NCBI GenBank assembly: GCA_038087875.1
Contig: JAXLNO010000364.1
Location: forward strand, 62,001 to 126,000
Length of the DNA stretch: 64,000 nucleotides
Direction: 5' to 3'
Source of the DNA: Malacoraja senta
Taxonomy: Eukaryota
The position numbers and the translations under genes are program-made. Below, one piece after another: positions 22,927-40,600 of the stretch; positions within the stretch are counted from its first letter, which is position 1, and each line of letters opens with the position of its first letter. The notes under the pieces are model-generated. The model was not told the DNA's origin, did not search any database, and saw nothing but the letters and a program-made list of their open reading frames with translations.

Positions 22927-25490
22927 CTGCCTTCACCTTCCAGATTCCAATCTATCAATTACAGCTGGAAATTAAAGTATCTGACCACATACCTCCAAAT
23001 GATACCTAGCGCCAACTATTTGACTTCTTAAGCCCATGCAATCAATTTATCCCCCAATGGAAAAATTGCTGTAGATCACAGCGGATGTGACGTTAATCCC
23101 ACGCATCTCTCCATTAATCACTTCATAATCCGGGATCTCCGGTCTATCATCGCAATGCCTAAAATCAATTATTATTGATTTATTACCATCACGTGTGCTG
23201 CAAAAAAAAATGTCAGTCGTACTATATAGGCAGATCACATCACTCCTCAGTATATCTGATATTGCAACACGAAAAAAATGAGCAACGTGCAGAGTATAGT
23301 GTTACATCTAGAGAATAAAAATAACATTTTTATTTTCAAGTATGAGGACCAGAGGAAGGTAGCACATGAGAGGTCTGCTGGGACAAACTGTCCCTGAATC
23401 AGGTGGTACGTTCTTTCATGCTTTGGTACACGCTGTCCAACAGAAGTGGAGAGAAGAGTGAATGATTGTGGCTTAAGGTATGGAGGGGGTGGGGTGTGGG
23501 AGTGGCCCATGATTGTGACGATGTCTCGCAATTAGATTCCAAATGATAAATCACTGATTCATAAAGTGGCATTGAACATATTGATTGATTGAAAGATGTA
23601 CTCTACAAATTTGATGACGTGCAGTCCATCAGAACCCCAGCAATCTCCAATTTCGTTATGATGAATCAAAAAGGATATCACATTGATGGCTTTATAGAGT
23701 CATAGAGTGACAGAGCGTAGAAACAGGCCCTTCGGCTCAACTTCCCACACCGACCAACATGTCCCACCTGCCTGCCCTTGAACCATATCCATCCAAACGT
23801 GTCCCATCAATCTACCTTGTTAACTATTCCTTATACGTTCGGATAGTCCCAGCCTCAACTACCCCCTCTAGCAGCTTGTTCCATGTAACCACCACCCTTT
23901 GTTTGAAAAGGTTACCGCTCAAATTCCTATTAAATCTTTATCCCTTCATCTTGAATCTATTGGTCCTCGATGCCCCTACTCTGGGCAAGAGATTCTGTGC
24001 ATCTACCCGACCTTTTTCTCTCATGACTTGTAATACCTCTATACGATCACCCTTCGTCCTCCTGCGCTCCAAGGAATAGCGACCCAGCCTACTCAACCTC
24101 TCCCATCAGCTCAGACCCCCTAGTCCAGGCAGCATCCGCGTAAATCTTAACTGATTGGCTGCCAGAGACTAGGGGTCGGTGCTGTGGCCGCTGCTCTTCA
24201 CGTTGTATATCAATGATTTGGATGAGGGAATTGAATCCTTGGTGGGAAGTTTGGTGATGCTGCGAAAGTAGGTGGAGGGGCAGATAGTGTGGAGTTAGCA
24301 GCGACTCGGCCGAAGGATTTGGGCATGTTTGGAAATGGCAGATGGAATACAGCGCAGCAAAATGCGGAGACCGGCATTTTGATAGTTGGAATCAATCGAA
24401 GACTATTTTTTTAAATGTGGAGATAATTCAGAAATCTGAGGTGCAAAGGGACTCTGGAATGCTGATACAGGATTCCCAAAAATGTAATTTGCAAGTCGAA
24501 TTGATAGTAAGGCAGGAAAATGCAATACAAGAATTTATTTGGGGAGGAAAAGAATATTTTTTAAAAAACGGATGTAATATTGAGGCTTGAAAAGACACTG
24601 GTGGGCGCATTTGGGGTATTGTGACCAATTTGGGATGCCATACAAACAAATGGGTTGCAGAGGCTATCGCGTGAAGGCAGGGGAATGGGGCTGATAGGGG
24701 AAGTATTATCACCCACGATTAAATGGCGGAGTAAGCAAGAGTCATAGAGTGATAGAGTGTGGAAACAGGCCCTTCGGCCCAACTTGCACTCACGGGCCAA
24801 CATGTCCCAGTTACCCCAGTCCCACCTGCGTGTGCTTGGTCCATATCCCTCCAAACCTGTCCTATCCATGTAGCTGTCTAACTATTTCTTGAACGTTGGG
24901 ATAGTACCAGCATCAACTAGCTCCTCTGGCAGCTTGCACCATACACCCACCAGCCTTTGTGTGAAAACGTTAGCCTTCAGATTGCTTTTGAATATTTTCC
25001 CCTTCACCTTGTACTTATGTCTTCTGGCCCTCGATTGAATTACTTTGGCCAAGAGATTCTGCGCATCTATCCGATTTGTTCCTCTCGTGATTTTATGCAC
25101 CTCTAGAAGATCACCCCTCATCGTCCTGCGCTCCAAGAAACCGAGACCCAGCCTACTCAACCTCTCCCGATAGCTCAGGCCCTCTAGTCCTGGCAACAGT
25201 CTCGTAAATGCAATAGTACAATTCATTTAGACTTTAGACTTTTGATTTAAGCTTGAGAGATACTTCGCGGAAACAGGCCCTTCGTCGATGAGCGATCACC
25301 GCGTGCACTGGCACTCTCCTAAACACTTGGGACAATTTGCAACTTTACCGAAATCAAACCTGTACGTCTTTGGAATGTGGGAGAAACCCGGACCACCGAA
25401 GAAAACCCACAGGGAGAACATACAAACTCCATACAAACAGCATCCGGAGTCCCGATCGAACCCGGTTCTCGGGCGCTGTGAGGCAACAAC

Positions 25491-28400
25491 CTTCAAGGTC
25501 GGCAGGTGAAGGGTCTAGTGCGGAGGATTGGCTGCAGAATTTAAAGCCTTGGTGAGTTTTCAAGAGCGAAGGTGGATGACTGTGAGAAAGAAGCGTAAAT
25601 GTGGAGTGCAAGAGAACACGGTGGCTGTACCTAATGAGACGCGACCGATGAGACCGACGTTGGTCAGAGCCATAGTGGTGAGTGACTCCATTGTCCGAGG
25701 TGCGGACAGGACATTCATTTGCGGCTGGCGAGACTCGGGGATGGTATGTTGCATCCCTGGTGCATGATATCTCGGACCGACTTCAGAACATCCTTGAGAG
25801 GGAATGTGAGGAGCCGGAAGTAGTTATGCATGTGGGCACAAACGACGTCGGGGAGAAGAGGAAGGATGTTCTGCACCGTGAGTTAATAGAGTTAGTAAGA
25901 AGATAGAAAAGCATGACTTCTGGGATGGTTATCTCTGGATTGCTTCCAGTACATCGTGTTGGTGAGTACCGGAATAGGGAGATAGCGGATCTGAATGCGG
26001 GCTGATGGGCTCGTGCAGCGAGCAGGGATTTAGATTTATAGACCACTGGGACCTATTCTGGGGCAGGGATTACCTCAACAAAAGGGACGGGTTACACCTT
26101 AACTGGGGCGGGACCGACATTCTGTCAGCCTGGTTTGCTGGTGCTACACCGGAGAGTTTAAAATAATTTGCAGGGAGGAAGTGTTAACAAATTGGAGATA
26201 TAAGGATGGAGTGAAAGGTGAAGAGAGTACAGGAAAAGTTGCGAAAGACAACCGGATTAATGGGACGGAAATTTCAAGAAGGGATAGGAGAGTAAGGTCA
26301 GAGTAACCGGTTTGGGAGAGGAGGTGAATACCGAATTAAAAGTGTTACCGCGAACTACATGAAATAAAGTGGATGAGCTTGAGGCAAAGTTAGAAATTGG
26401 TGAGTATGATGTTGTGGGAATGACAGACACATGGCTGCAAGCGGATCAGAACTGGGAACTGAATATTCAGGGGTATACGTCCTATTGAAAAGAAAGCCAG
26501 ATGGGCAGAGGGGATGCGGTGGCCCTCGTTGGTAAGGAATGAAATTCAGTCACTTGCGAGTGGAGACATAGAGTCAGAAGACGTAGAGCCATTGTGGATG
26601 GAACTGAGAAATTGAACGGTAGAAAGACCCTAGTCCGTGTTATCTACAGGCCCCCAAACAGTAGCCTGGAGATAGGGTGCAAGTTGCATCAGGAGTTAAA
26701 ATTAACATATAACAAAGTTAATGCTACCGTGTTTATGGGAGATTTCATCATGCAGGTGGACTAGGAAAATCACATAGGTACTGGACCCCAAGAAAGGGAC
26801 TTTGCAGTATGTTTCCGAGATGGATTCTAAGGGCAGCTTGTACTGGAGCCTACTAGGTAGCAGGAAAAAATGGATTTAATGTTATGTAATGAATCGGATT
26901 TGATAAGTGACCTCAAGGTAAAGGAACCATTAGGAGGGAGCGGCCATAATATGATAAGTTTTAATTTGCAATTTGAGATATCGGAATTTGAATTATCGGA
27001 AGTGTCAGTATTCCAGTTGAACAAAGAGGACTATTGGGGGAGGAGCTTGCCATAGTTCACTGGAAAGGGACCCAAGAAGGGATGACGCTGGACGCTATAT
27101 CTGAGAATAATCCAGAAGATGCAGGATCATTTCATTGCAAAGAGGAAGAAAGATTCTAATGGGAGTAAGAGGCGACCGTGGCTGACAAGCGAAATCATGT
27201 GGTGGGAGATTGCAACCTTCACGTGGTCCACCGTGTTTCGACTAATGCAATCAACCCGACGTGCACAAACAAGATCAAATAGAACAAGTTGGCCTACAAC
27301 TTTAGGCTGTGCACGCCATACGCAAGAAGAAGAAGGGAAGTCAAGAACAGTATAAACATAATAGAGAAGACGTATAACTCAATTCTGATTTGGGAATCAA
27401 GGGACAAACGTTTAGGGGCAACATGAGGGGGAATTTCTTTTCTCAAAGAGTGGTAGCTGTGTGGAATGAGCTTCCAGTGGAAGTGGTGAAGGCAGGTTCG
27501 TTTTTCTCATTTTAAAATGAATTGGATAGGTATATGGACGGGAAAGGAATGGAGAGTTAAGGTCTGAGTGCAGATAGATGGGACTACGTGAGAGTAAGTG
27601 TTCGGCACGGACTAGAAGGGCCGAGATGGCCTGTTTCCGTGCTGTAATTGTTATATGGTTATATGGTTATAACATAGCAAATATGAGCGGGAAGCCAGAG
27701 GATTGGGAAACCTTTTAAAGAGCAACAGAAACTAACTAAAAAGCTTCCTTCCCTAGATGAAGAAGAAAAAAAAGTTAAGACAAATGTGGATCCCTTGAAG
27801 ACAGAAACAGGTGGATTTATTATGGGGAACAAGGAAAAGGGAAACGAGTTGAACAGGTACTTTGGTTCTGTCTTCACTTCGGAAGTCAGAAACAACTTCC
27901 CATATGTACTAGGGGACAGAGGACCTGGGTCATGGAGGCACTGAAGGAAATTCACTTTAGACAGGAAATGGTGTCGCATTCACTGATGGGACTGAAGGCT
28001 CATACATTCCCAGGGTCTGATGGTCTGCATTCCAGGGTACTCAAGGAGATGGCTCTAGGAATCGTGGACGCCTTGGTGATAATGTTCCAAGGTTCTATAG
28101 ATTATGAATCAGTTCTTGTGAAATGGAGGGTAGCTAATGTTATGACACTTTTCAAGAAAAGAGGGAGAGAGAAAGCAGGGCATTATAGACCAGTTAGCCT
28201 GACATCTGTGGTGGGGGAGATGCTGGTGCCGTTTATTGGAGACGTAATAGTGGCGCATTTGGGTAGCAGTACCAGGATCGGTCCAAGTCAGCATGGATTT
28301 ACGAAGGGGAAATCATACTTGACAAATCTTCGCAATTTTTTTGGAGGACGTAACAAGTAAAATGGACAAGGGAGAGCCAGTGGATGTAGGGATTAACGGG

Positions 28401-29462
28401 TCCCTTCCAGAATGACAGGCCGTGACCAGTGGGGTAACGCAAGGCTCGGAGTTAGGACCGCAGCTATTTACAATGTATATTAATGATTTCGATGAAGGGA
28501 TTACAAGTAACATTTGCAAATTTGCAGATGCCACAAATCTGGGTGGCAGTGTGAACTGTGAGGAGGGTGCTATGAGAATGCAGGGCGACTTGGACAGGTT
28601 GGGTGAGTGGGCAGATGCACAGCAGATGCAGTTTATTGTATATAAATGTGATGTTATCCACTTTGGTAGGAAAACCGAGAAGGCAGATTATTATCTAACT
28701 GATGTCAAGTTGGGAAAGGGGGAAGTACAACGGGATATCGGGGTCCTTGTTCATCAGTCAATGAAAGTAAGCATGCCATGCAGGTACAGCAGGCAGTGAA
28801 GAAAGCGAATGGCATGTTGGCATTGATAACAAGATATTTGAGTACAGGAGCAAAGTGGTCCTTCTACAGTTGTACAGGGCCCTGGCGAGACCACACCTTT
28901 GTATTGTGTGCAGTTTTGGTATCCTAATTTGAGGAAGGATATTCTTGCTTTTGAGGGAGAAAGCATAGGTTCACGACGTTAATACCCGGGATGGCGGGAC
29001 TGTCATCTGATGACAGAATGGATCGATTGGCTTGTATTCACTGGAATTTAGAAGATGAGAGGGGATCTTATAGAAAAATACAACATATTTAAGAGATTGG
29101 ACACGTTAGATGCAGGAAACATGTTTCCGATGTCAGGCGACTTCAAAACGAGGGGCCACAGTTTAAGATTAAGGGGTAGGGCATTTAGGACTGAGATGAG
29201 AAAAGATATTTTTCACAGAGAGTTGTGAATTTGTGGAATTCTCTGCCTCTGAAGGCAGTGGAGGCCGATTCACTGGATGCATTCAACAGAGAGTTAGATA
29301 GAGCTCTTAGGGCTAGCGGAATCAAGGGGTATCGGGAGAAGGCAGGAACAGGGTAATGATTGTGGATGATCAGCCATGATTACATTGAATGGCGGAGTAG
29401 GCTCAAAGGGCCGGAAAGCCTACTCCGGAACATATTGTCTATGTATTTATGTATCTATGTAT
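25491..29462 (+). mobile_element. Decayed CR1 LINE, unit 2
   Basis: ORF1 esterase remnants (AIVVSDSIVRGADR, EPEVVMHVGTND), APE, RT (KFAD), and a (TCTATGTA)n tail. Private 5' deletion at ~25568. Confidence 0.9.
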
Positions 29463-31681
29463 ATAATTCTACCGATGCGTCAATGTGCCATTCCAGTTTC
29501 GAGGACACGAATATATAAAAGCAATGGTGCAATGCTGAGGCCTCATGAGGCGCTGGTGAGGCCACGCTTGGAATATTGTAAGCGGCTATGGGCCTCATCT
29601 CTAAGGATGGGTGCGCAAGCGTGGATAGGCCCAGAGGACGCTTAGTGGAATGGTCCCGGTTATGATTGGATAAACGTGTGAGGATAGTTTGATGTTACTA
29701 GGCCTGTACTCGATGGAGTTTAGCAGAATGAAGGGAGACTTCATTGAAACACACAGATTAGTGAATGGCTTGGATAGAGTGTGTGTGGGGAGGATGTTTC
29801 TACCAGTAGAGAGCCTAGCACGAGAGGGCATAGCCGCAGAATTCGACGTTCTTTTAGTAAGGAGATGAGGAGAAATGTCTTTAGTCAGAGGATGGTGAAT
29901 CTGTGGGATTCTTTGCTGCAGAACGCAGTGCAGGCCAAGTCGGTGGATATATTTAAGGCAGAGATGGATAGATTCTTGATTATTACAGGTGTCAGAGATT
30001 ATGGTGAGAAGGCAGAAGAATGCGGTTAGGAGGGAGAAACACATCAACTGCACTTTGCCCTCCCTCACGTTAAATATATCCTCTCTAATAATTGACCTGT
30101 CTATCGAGGGGTGGGGCGGGAGGGGTGGGGGGTAGATAATGAATGTCCGTCCGATCTGTGCCTCTCATAGTGTCATTTTGATTATTTGAAAGATACAGAA
30201 TAGAAACCGGCCCTTCCGTTCACCACACGACGACCATCTGTCATGCGCTCACACGCCAGTTCTACGTTATACCCACTTTCCGTGCGCTCCCTACACACTA
30301 GCGAGAATTTATGGAGGCCAATTGACCTACAATCCCAAAGCACCCTGAAATATAGAAGCATCTTGAGGCCATTTCGCCCATCAAGTTCGCTCCGCCATCC
30401 GCCACTCCAAAGACGTAGAGGTGTGTATGTTAATTTGCTTGGTGTAAATGAAAATTGTCCCTCGTGTTTGTATGATAGCGGTAGTGTGCGGGGATCGCTG
30501 ATTGAACCTTCCGAACCATCTGAATTTTGTAGTCGGCAGGGCAGTACTCTGCATATCGCCAACTTCGACAATTTTACATTTTTATCAAGCCAATTAATCA
30601 CGTAAATTAACCTACAAACCTGTATATCTTTTGAGTGTGGCAGGAAACCGAAGATCTCCGAGAAAACCCACGCAGATCACGGGGAGAACGTACAAACTCC
30701 ATACAAACAGCACCCGTATTCGGGATCGAACCCGGGTCTCTGGCGTTGCATTTTGCTGCACCGCTGTGCCACCGTGACTGCAAAGACGTACGAGTTTGCC
30801 GGGAAATCGGCTTCGTATAAATGTAAATTATTCTCAGACTGAGTAGGATAGTGTTAGATGCGGACTCGCTGGGCTGATGGGCCTGTTTCCGCGCTGCATC
30901 TCTAAACTGACCCAAATTTAAAAGTAAAATAGAGCATCAGAATCAGTTTCGATGGTCCGCTTTAAAAAATATCTGTCGCTCTCTCATGGAATTGTTTTCT
31001 CTCGCTGGAGAAAGGGGCTACAGGACAGACAGATATGTTGGGGGGGAGGAGTGTTGCTCATGGATTGATACAGATTTTCACAGCCGTAGTCCGAAATTAC
31101 ATTGCGGATGTTTCCTCCAGTCAGGCTAGATTTTTGAATTTGAGGAATAAAAATCAATATACCAGTAAGATAGACACACAATTCTGGCGTAACTCAGATG
31201 CCCAGGTAGCATCTCTGGAGTAAAGGAATGGGTGAAGTTTCGGGTCGATACCCTTCTTAATAACCACCAGTAGTCAGATTCGATCCCATGTCTCTGGAGC
31301 TGTGAAGCATCAGCAGCACCGCTGCGCCGCCGAGGTCGTTTCCTCTTTTCTTATTGTCTGAATTTACCATCCAAACTTCAGGAAACCTGCCATCCTCGTC
31401 CTTCATGTTCTGTGCAACACGCCGGAACTGAAATCCCACCACCTCGTCTTTAACCGACTCCGACACGTAGGATGAGGACTTACCTAAGAACAGCTGCTCC
31501 CAAATTACTCTCCCCATTTTCTACCAAACGCAGATATTTTTATTTTCCATTCACCGATTTCTCAAATTAATCGACAAAACAATGTCCTTAAAATAATTTT
31601 ATTATCAATACTATAATATCTATCAATATAATCTATTTAATCTGTATTAAATTAAACTTTTAATTAATAAATTAATTTATT

Positions 31682-34707
<3,026 letters not shown>

Positions 34708-34758
34708 GTTGCTCCGCTCGCGTGGTTCTCGAGACTGTGACGCGCCGCGCCGCTCCGG

Positions 34759-34938
34759 TATTTATACGGCCCCCGGGATAGAACGCTGGCATTCGGTAAA
34801 CGCGCGCCGATTGGTCAATGAGAACAATGACCTTGGTTGCCACAGGAAACAAACATAGAAGGTTCCAAGGCGCTCATTGCTGAATAATCCACAGTGTGAG
34901 ACGTAGAACAATGGACCTTCAGTGACGCAATCCATTGT
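34759..34938 (-). promoter_or_regulatory. Promoter, copy 3
   Basis: TATAAATA 34759-34766, CCAAT, X-box-like 34836-34850, and SOX/CRE-like motifs as in copy 1. Confidence 0.7.
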
Positions 34939-37651
34939 CTGCCTTCACCTCCCAGATTCCAATCTATCAATTACCGCTGGAAATAAAAGGATCTGACCAC
35001 ATCCCTCCAAATGATACCTAGCGCCAACTATTTGCCCATGCAATCAATTTAGCCACCAGTGGAAAAATTGCTGTAGATCACAGCGAATGTGACGTTAATC
35101 CCACGCATCTCTCCATTAATCACGTCATAATCCGGGATCTCCGGTCTATCAGCGCAATGCCTAAGATCAATTATTATTAATATATTACCATCACGTGTGC
35201 TGCAAAAAAAAATGTCAGTCGTACTATATAGGCAGATCACATCACTCCTCAGTATATCTGATATTGCAACACGAAAAAAATGAGCAACGTGCAGAGTATA
35301 GTGTTACATCTAGAGAATAAAAATAACATTTTTATTTTCAAGTATGAGGACCACAGGAAGGTAGCACATGAGAAGTCTGCTGGGACAAACTGTCCCTGAA
35401 TCAGGTGGTACGTTCTTTCATGCTTTGGTACACGCTGTCCAACAGAAGTGGAGAGAAGAGTGAATGACCGTGGCTTAAGGTATGGAGGGGGTGGGGTGTG
35501 GGAGTGGCCCGTGATTGTGACGATGTCATGCAATTAGATTCCAAATGATAAATCACTGATTAATAAAGTGCCATTGAACATATTGATTGATTGAAAGATG
35601 TACTCTAGAAATTTGATGACGTGCAGTCCATCAGAACCCCAGCAATCTCCAATTTCGTTATGATGAATCAAAAAGGATATCACATTGATGGCTTTATAGA
35701 GTCATACAGTGATAGAGCGTAGAAACAGGCCCTGCGGCTCAACTTCCCACACCGACCAACATGTCCCACCTGCCTGCCCTTGGACCATATCCATCCAAAC
35801 GTGTCCCATCAATCTACCTTGTTAACTATTCCTTATACGTTCGGATAATCCCAGCCTCAACTACCCCCTCTAGCAGCTTGTTCCATTTAACCACCACCCT
35901 TTGTTTGAAAAGGTTACCGCTCAAATTCCTATTAAATCTTTACCCCTTCACCTTGAATCTATTGGTCCTCGATGCCCCTATTCTGGGCAAGAGATTCTGT
36001 GCATCTACCCGACCTGTTCCTCTCATGATTTGTAACACCTCTATACGATCACCCTTCATCCTCCTGCGCTCCAAGGAATAGCGACCCAGCCTACTCAACC
36101 TCTCCCATCAGCTCAGACCCCCTACTCCTGGCAGCATCCGCATAAACCTTCACTGATTGGCTGCCAGAGACTAGGGGTCGGTGCTGTGGCCGCTGCTCTT
36201 CACGTTGTATATCAATGATTGGGATGAGGGAACTGAATTCTTAGTGGGAAATTTGGTGATGCTGCGAAGTTAGGTGGAGGGGCAGATAGTGTGGAGTAAG
36301 CAGCGACTCTCCCGAAGGATTCGGGCATGTTTTGAAAGTAGGCAAAAAAATGGCAGATCGAATACAGCGCAGCAAAATGCGGAGACAGGCATTTTGATAG
36401 TAGGAATCAATCGAAGACTATTTTCTAAATGAGGAGAGAATTCAGAAATCTGAGGTGCAAAGGGACTCGGGAATGCCGATACAGGATTCCCAAAAACGTA
36501 ATTTGCAAGTCGAATTGAAAGTAAGGCAGGAAAATGCAATACAAGCATTTATTTGGGGAGGACAAGAATATAAAAAAACGGATGTAATATTGAGGCATGA
36601 AAAGGCACCGGTGAGCGCATTTGGGGTATTGTGAGCAATCTGGGGCCCCATATCTGAGGATTGATGTTATGGCGTTGGAAAGGATACGGAGGATGATTAT
36701 GAGAATGATCCCAGTACCGAATTGGGTTCACGTACGATAAACGTTTTACGACACCGTGCCTGTACTCACTGGAGTGCAGAAGGAAGAGGGGAGAACCTGA
36801 TTGAAACAAATGGGTTGCAGAGGCTATCGCGTGAAGGCAGGGGAATGGAGCTGATAGGGGAAGAATGATCACCCACGATTAAATGGCGGAGTAAGCATGA
36901 GTCATAGAATGATAGTGTATGGAAACAGGCCCTTCGGCCAAACTTGCATTTACCGGCCAACATGTCCCAGTTACCCCAGTCCCACCTGCGTGTGCTTGGT
37001 CCATATCCGTCCAAACCTCTCCTATCCATGTAGCTGTCTAACTATTTCTTGAACGTTGGGATAGTACCAGCATCAACTAGCTCCTCTGGCAGCTTGCACC
37101 ATACACCCACCAGCCTTTGTGTGAAAACGTTAGCCTTCAGATTGCTTTTGAATATTTTCCCCTTCACCTTGTACTTATGTCTTCTGGTCCTCGATTCAAT
37201 TACTTTGGGCAAGAGATTCTGCGCATCTATCCGATTTGTTCCTCTCGTGATTTTATGCACCTCTAGAAGATCACCCCTCATCGTCCTGCGCTCCAAGGAA
37301 TAGAGACCCAGCCTACTCAACCTCTCCCGATAGCTCAGACCCTCTAGTCCTGGCAACAGTCTCGTAAATGCAATAGTACAATTCATTTAGACTTTAGACT
37401 TTTGATTTTAAACTTGAGAGATACTTCGCGGAAACAGGCCCTTCGTCGATCACCGATCACCACGTGCACTGGCACACTCCTAAACACTTGGGACAATTTG
37501 CAACTTTACCGAAATCAAACCTGTACGTCTTTGGAATGTGGGAGAGGCCCGGACCACCGAAGAAACCCCACAGGGAGAACATACAAACTCCGTACAAACA
37601 GCATCCGGAGTCCCGATCGAACCCGGTTCTCGGGCGCTGTGAGGCAACAAC

Positions 37652-40600
37652 CTTCAAGGTCGGCAGGTGAAGGGTCTAGTGCGGAGGATTGGCTGCAGAA
37701 TTTAAAGCCTTGGTGAGTTTTCAAGAGCGGGTCATTTAAAAACCGGTAACTGAATCTGTAAATTAGCTAATTAGTTAAATGAGTAGCAAATAAAAGTAGG
37801 GCTCGCTCTTGGTGGAGCGGCCTGTTGGCGTGAAGTGCCTTGGTGAGCAAAGTGTGAGTCTTTGGCTCAAGAGCGTCTTGGTGAGTAAGGTGTGATTCTT
37901 TGGCTCAAGAGTCTTCGGCGAGAAGGCTGAAGCAAGGAATCTACATTAATCGAAATGTTTGATTTGTGATTTTTAGTCCAGTAAAGAAATGACAGAGTGG
38001 TAGAGTGTGTTTCCTGCAGGATGTGGGAAGTTAGGTACACCGCTGGTGCTTCTGGAAACTATACCTGCAGAAATTGTGTCCAGGTGCTGTTCCTGAATGA
38101 ACGTGTTGGTGAAATGAAGAAGCAGCTGGAGGACCTCACGGCCATCCGGGAAAACGAGAGTTTTCTGGACAAGACCTTCAGCGAGGCTGTCACACAAAGG
38201 ATATCGGAGTAGCGAAGGTGGATGACTGTGAGAAAGAAGCGTAAATGTGGAGTGCAAGAGAACACGGTGGCTGTACCTAATGAGACGCGACCGGTGAGAC
38301 CGACGTTGGTCAGAGCCATAGTGGTGAGTGACTCCATTGTCCGAGGTGCGGACAGGACATTCATTTGCGGCTGGCGAGACTCGGGGATGGTATGTTGCAT
38401 CCCTGGTGCATGATATCTCGAACCGACTTCAGAACATCCTTGAGAGGGAAGGTGAGGAAGAGGAAGGATGTTCTGCACCGTGAGTTTATAGAGTTAGTAA
38501 GACGATAGAAAAGCATGACTTCTGGGATGGTTATCTCTGGATTGCTTCCAGTACATCGTATTGGTGAGTACCGGAATATGGAGATAGCGGATCTGAATGC
38601 GGGCTGAGGGGCTCGTGCAGCGAGCAGGGATTTAGATTCATAGACGACTGGGACCTATTCTGGGGCAGGGATTACCTCAACAAAAGGGACGGGTTACACC
38701 TTAACTGGGGCGGGACCGAAATTCTGGCAGCCTGGTTTGCTGGTGCTACTCCGGAGAGTTTAAAATAATTTGCAGGGAGGAAGTGTTGACAAATTCGAGA
38801 TATAAGGATGGAGTGAAAGGTGAAGAGAGTACAGGAAAAGTTGCGAAAGACAACCGGATTAATGGGATGGAAATTTCAAGAAGGGATAGGAGAGTAAGTT
38901 CAGAGGAACCGGTTTGAGAGAGGAGGTGAATACCGAATTAAAAGTGTTACCGCGAACCATATGAAATAAAGTGGATGAGCTTGAGGCAAAGTTAGAAATT
39001 GGTGAGTATGATGTTGTGGGAATGACAGACACATGGCTGCAGGCGGATCAGAACTGGGAACTGAATATTCAGGGGTATGCGTCCTATTGAAAAGAAAGCC
39101 AGATGGGCAGAGGGGATGCGGTGGCCCTCGTTGGTAAGGAATGAAATTCAGTCACTTGCGAGTGGAGACATAGAGTCAGAAGACGTAGAGCCATTGTGGA
39201 TGGAACTGAGAAATTGAACGGTAGAAAGACCCTAGTCCGTGTTATCTACAGACCCCCAAACAGTAGCCTGGAGATAGGGTGCAAGTTGCATCAGGAGTTA
39301 AAATTAACATATAACAAAGTTAATGCTACGGTGTTTATGGGAGATTTCATCATGCAGTTGACTAGGAAAATCACATAGGTACTGGACCCCAAGAAAGGGA
39401 CTTTGTAGTGTGTTTCCGAGATGAATTCTAAGAGCAGCTTGTACTGGAGCCTACTAGGTAGCAGGAAAAAATGGATTTAATGTTATGTAATGAACCGGAT
39501 TTGATAAGTGACCTCAAGGTAAAGGAACCATTAGGCCATAATATGATAAGTTTTAATTTGCAATTTGAGATATCGGAATTTGTAATATCGGAAGTGTCAT
39601 TATTCCAGTTGAACAAAGAGGACTATTGAGGGAGGAGCTTGCCATAGTTCACTGGAAAGGGACCCAAGAAGGCATGACGCTGGACGCTATATCTGAGAAT
39701 AATCCAGAAGATGCAGGATCATTTCATTCCAAAGAGGAAGAAAGATTCTAATGGGAGTAAGAGGCGACCGTGGCTGACAAGCGAAATCATGTGGTGGGAG
39801 ATTGCAACCTTCACGTGGTCCACCGTGTTTCGACTAATGCAATCAACCCGACGTGCACAAACAAGATCAAATAGAACAAGTTGGCCTACAACTTTAGGCT
39901 GTGCACGCCATACGCAAGAAGAAGAAGGGAAGTCAAGGACAGTATAAACATAATAGAGAAGACGTATAACTCAATTCAGATTTGACAATCAAGGGACAAA
40001 CGTTTAGGGGCAACATGACGGGGAATTTCTTTACTCAAAGTGTGGTTGCTGTGTGGAATGAGCTTCCAGTGGAAGTGGTGAAGGCAGGTTCGTTTTTATC
40101 ATTTCAAAATGAATTGGATAGGTATATGGACGGGAAAGGAATGGAGAGTTAAGGTCTGAGTGCAGATAGATGGGACTACGTGAGAGTAAGTGTTCGGCAC
40201 GGACTAGAAGGGCCGAGATGGCCTGTTTCCGTGCTGTAATTGTTATATGGTTATATGGTTATAACATAGCAAATATCAGCGGGAAGCCAGAGGATTGGGA
40301 AACCTTTTAAAGAGCAACAGAAACTAACTAAAAAGCTTCCTTCCCTAGATGAAGAGGAAAAAAAGGTTAAGACAAATGTAGATCCCTTGAAGACAGAAAC
40401 AGGTGGATTTATTATGGGGAACAAGGAAAAGGGAAACGAGTTGAACAGGTACTTTGGTTCTGTCTTCACTTCGAAAGTCAGAAACAATTTCCCATATGTA
40501 CTTGGGGACAGAGGACCTGGGTCATGGAGGAACTGAAGGAAATTCACTTTAGACAGGAAATGGTGTCGCATTCACTGATGGGACTGAAGGCACATACATT

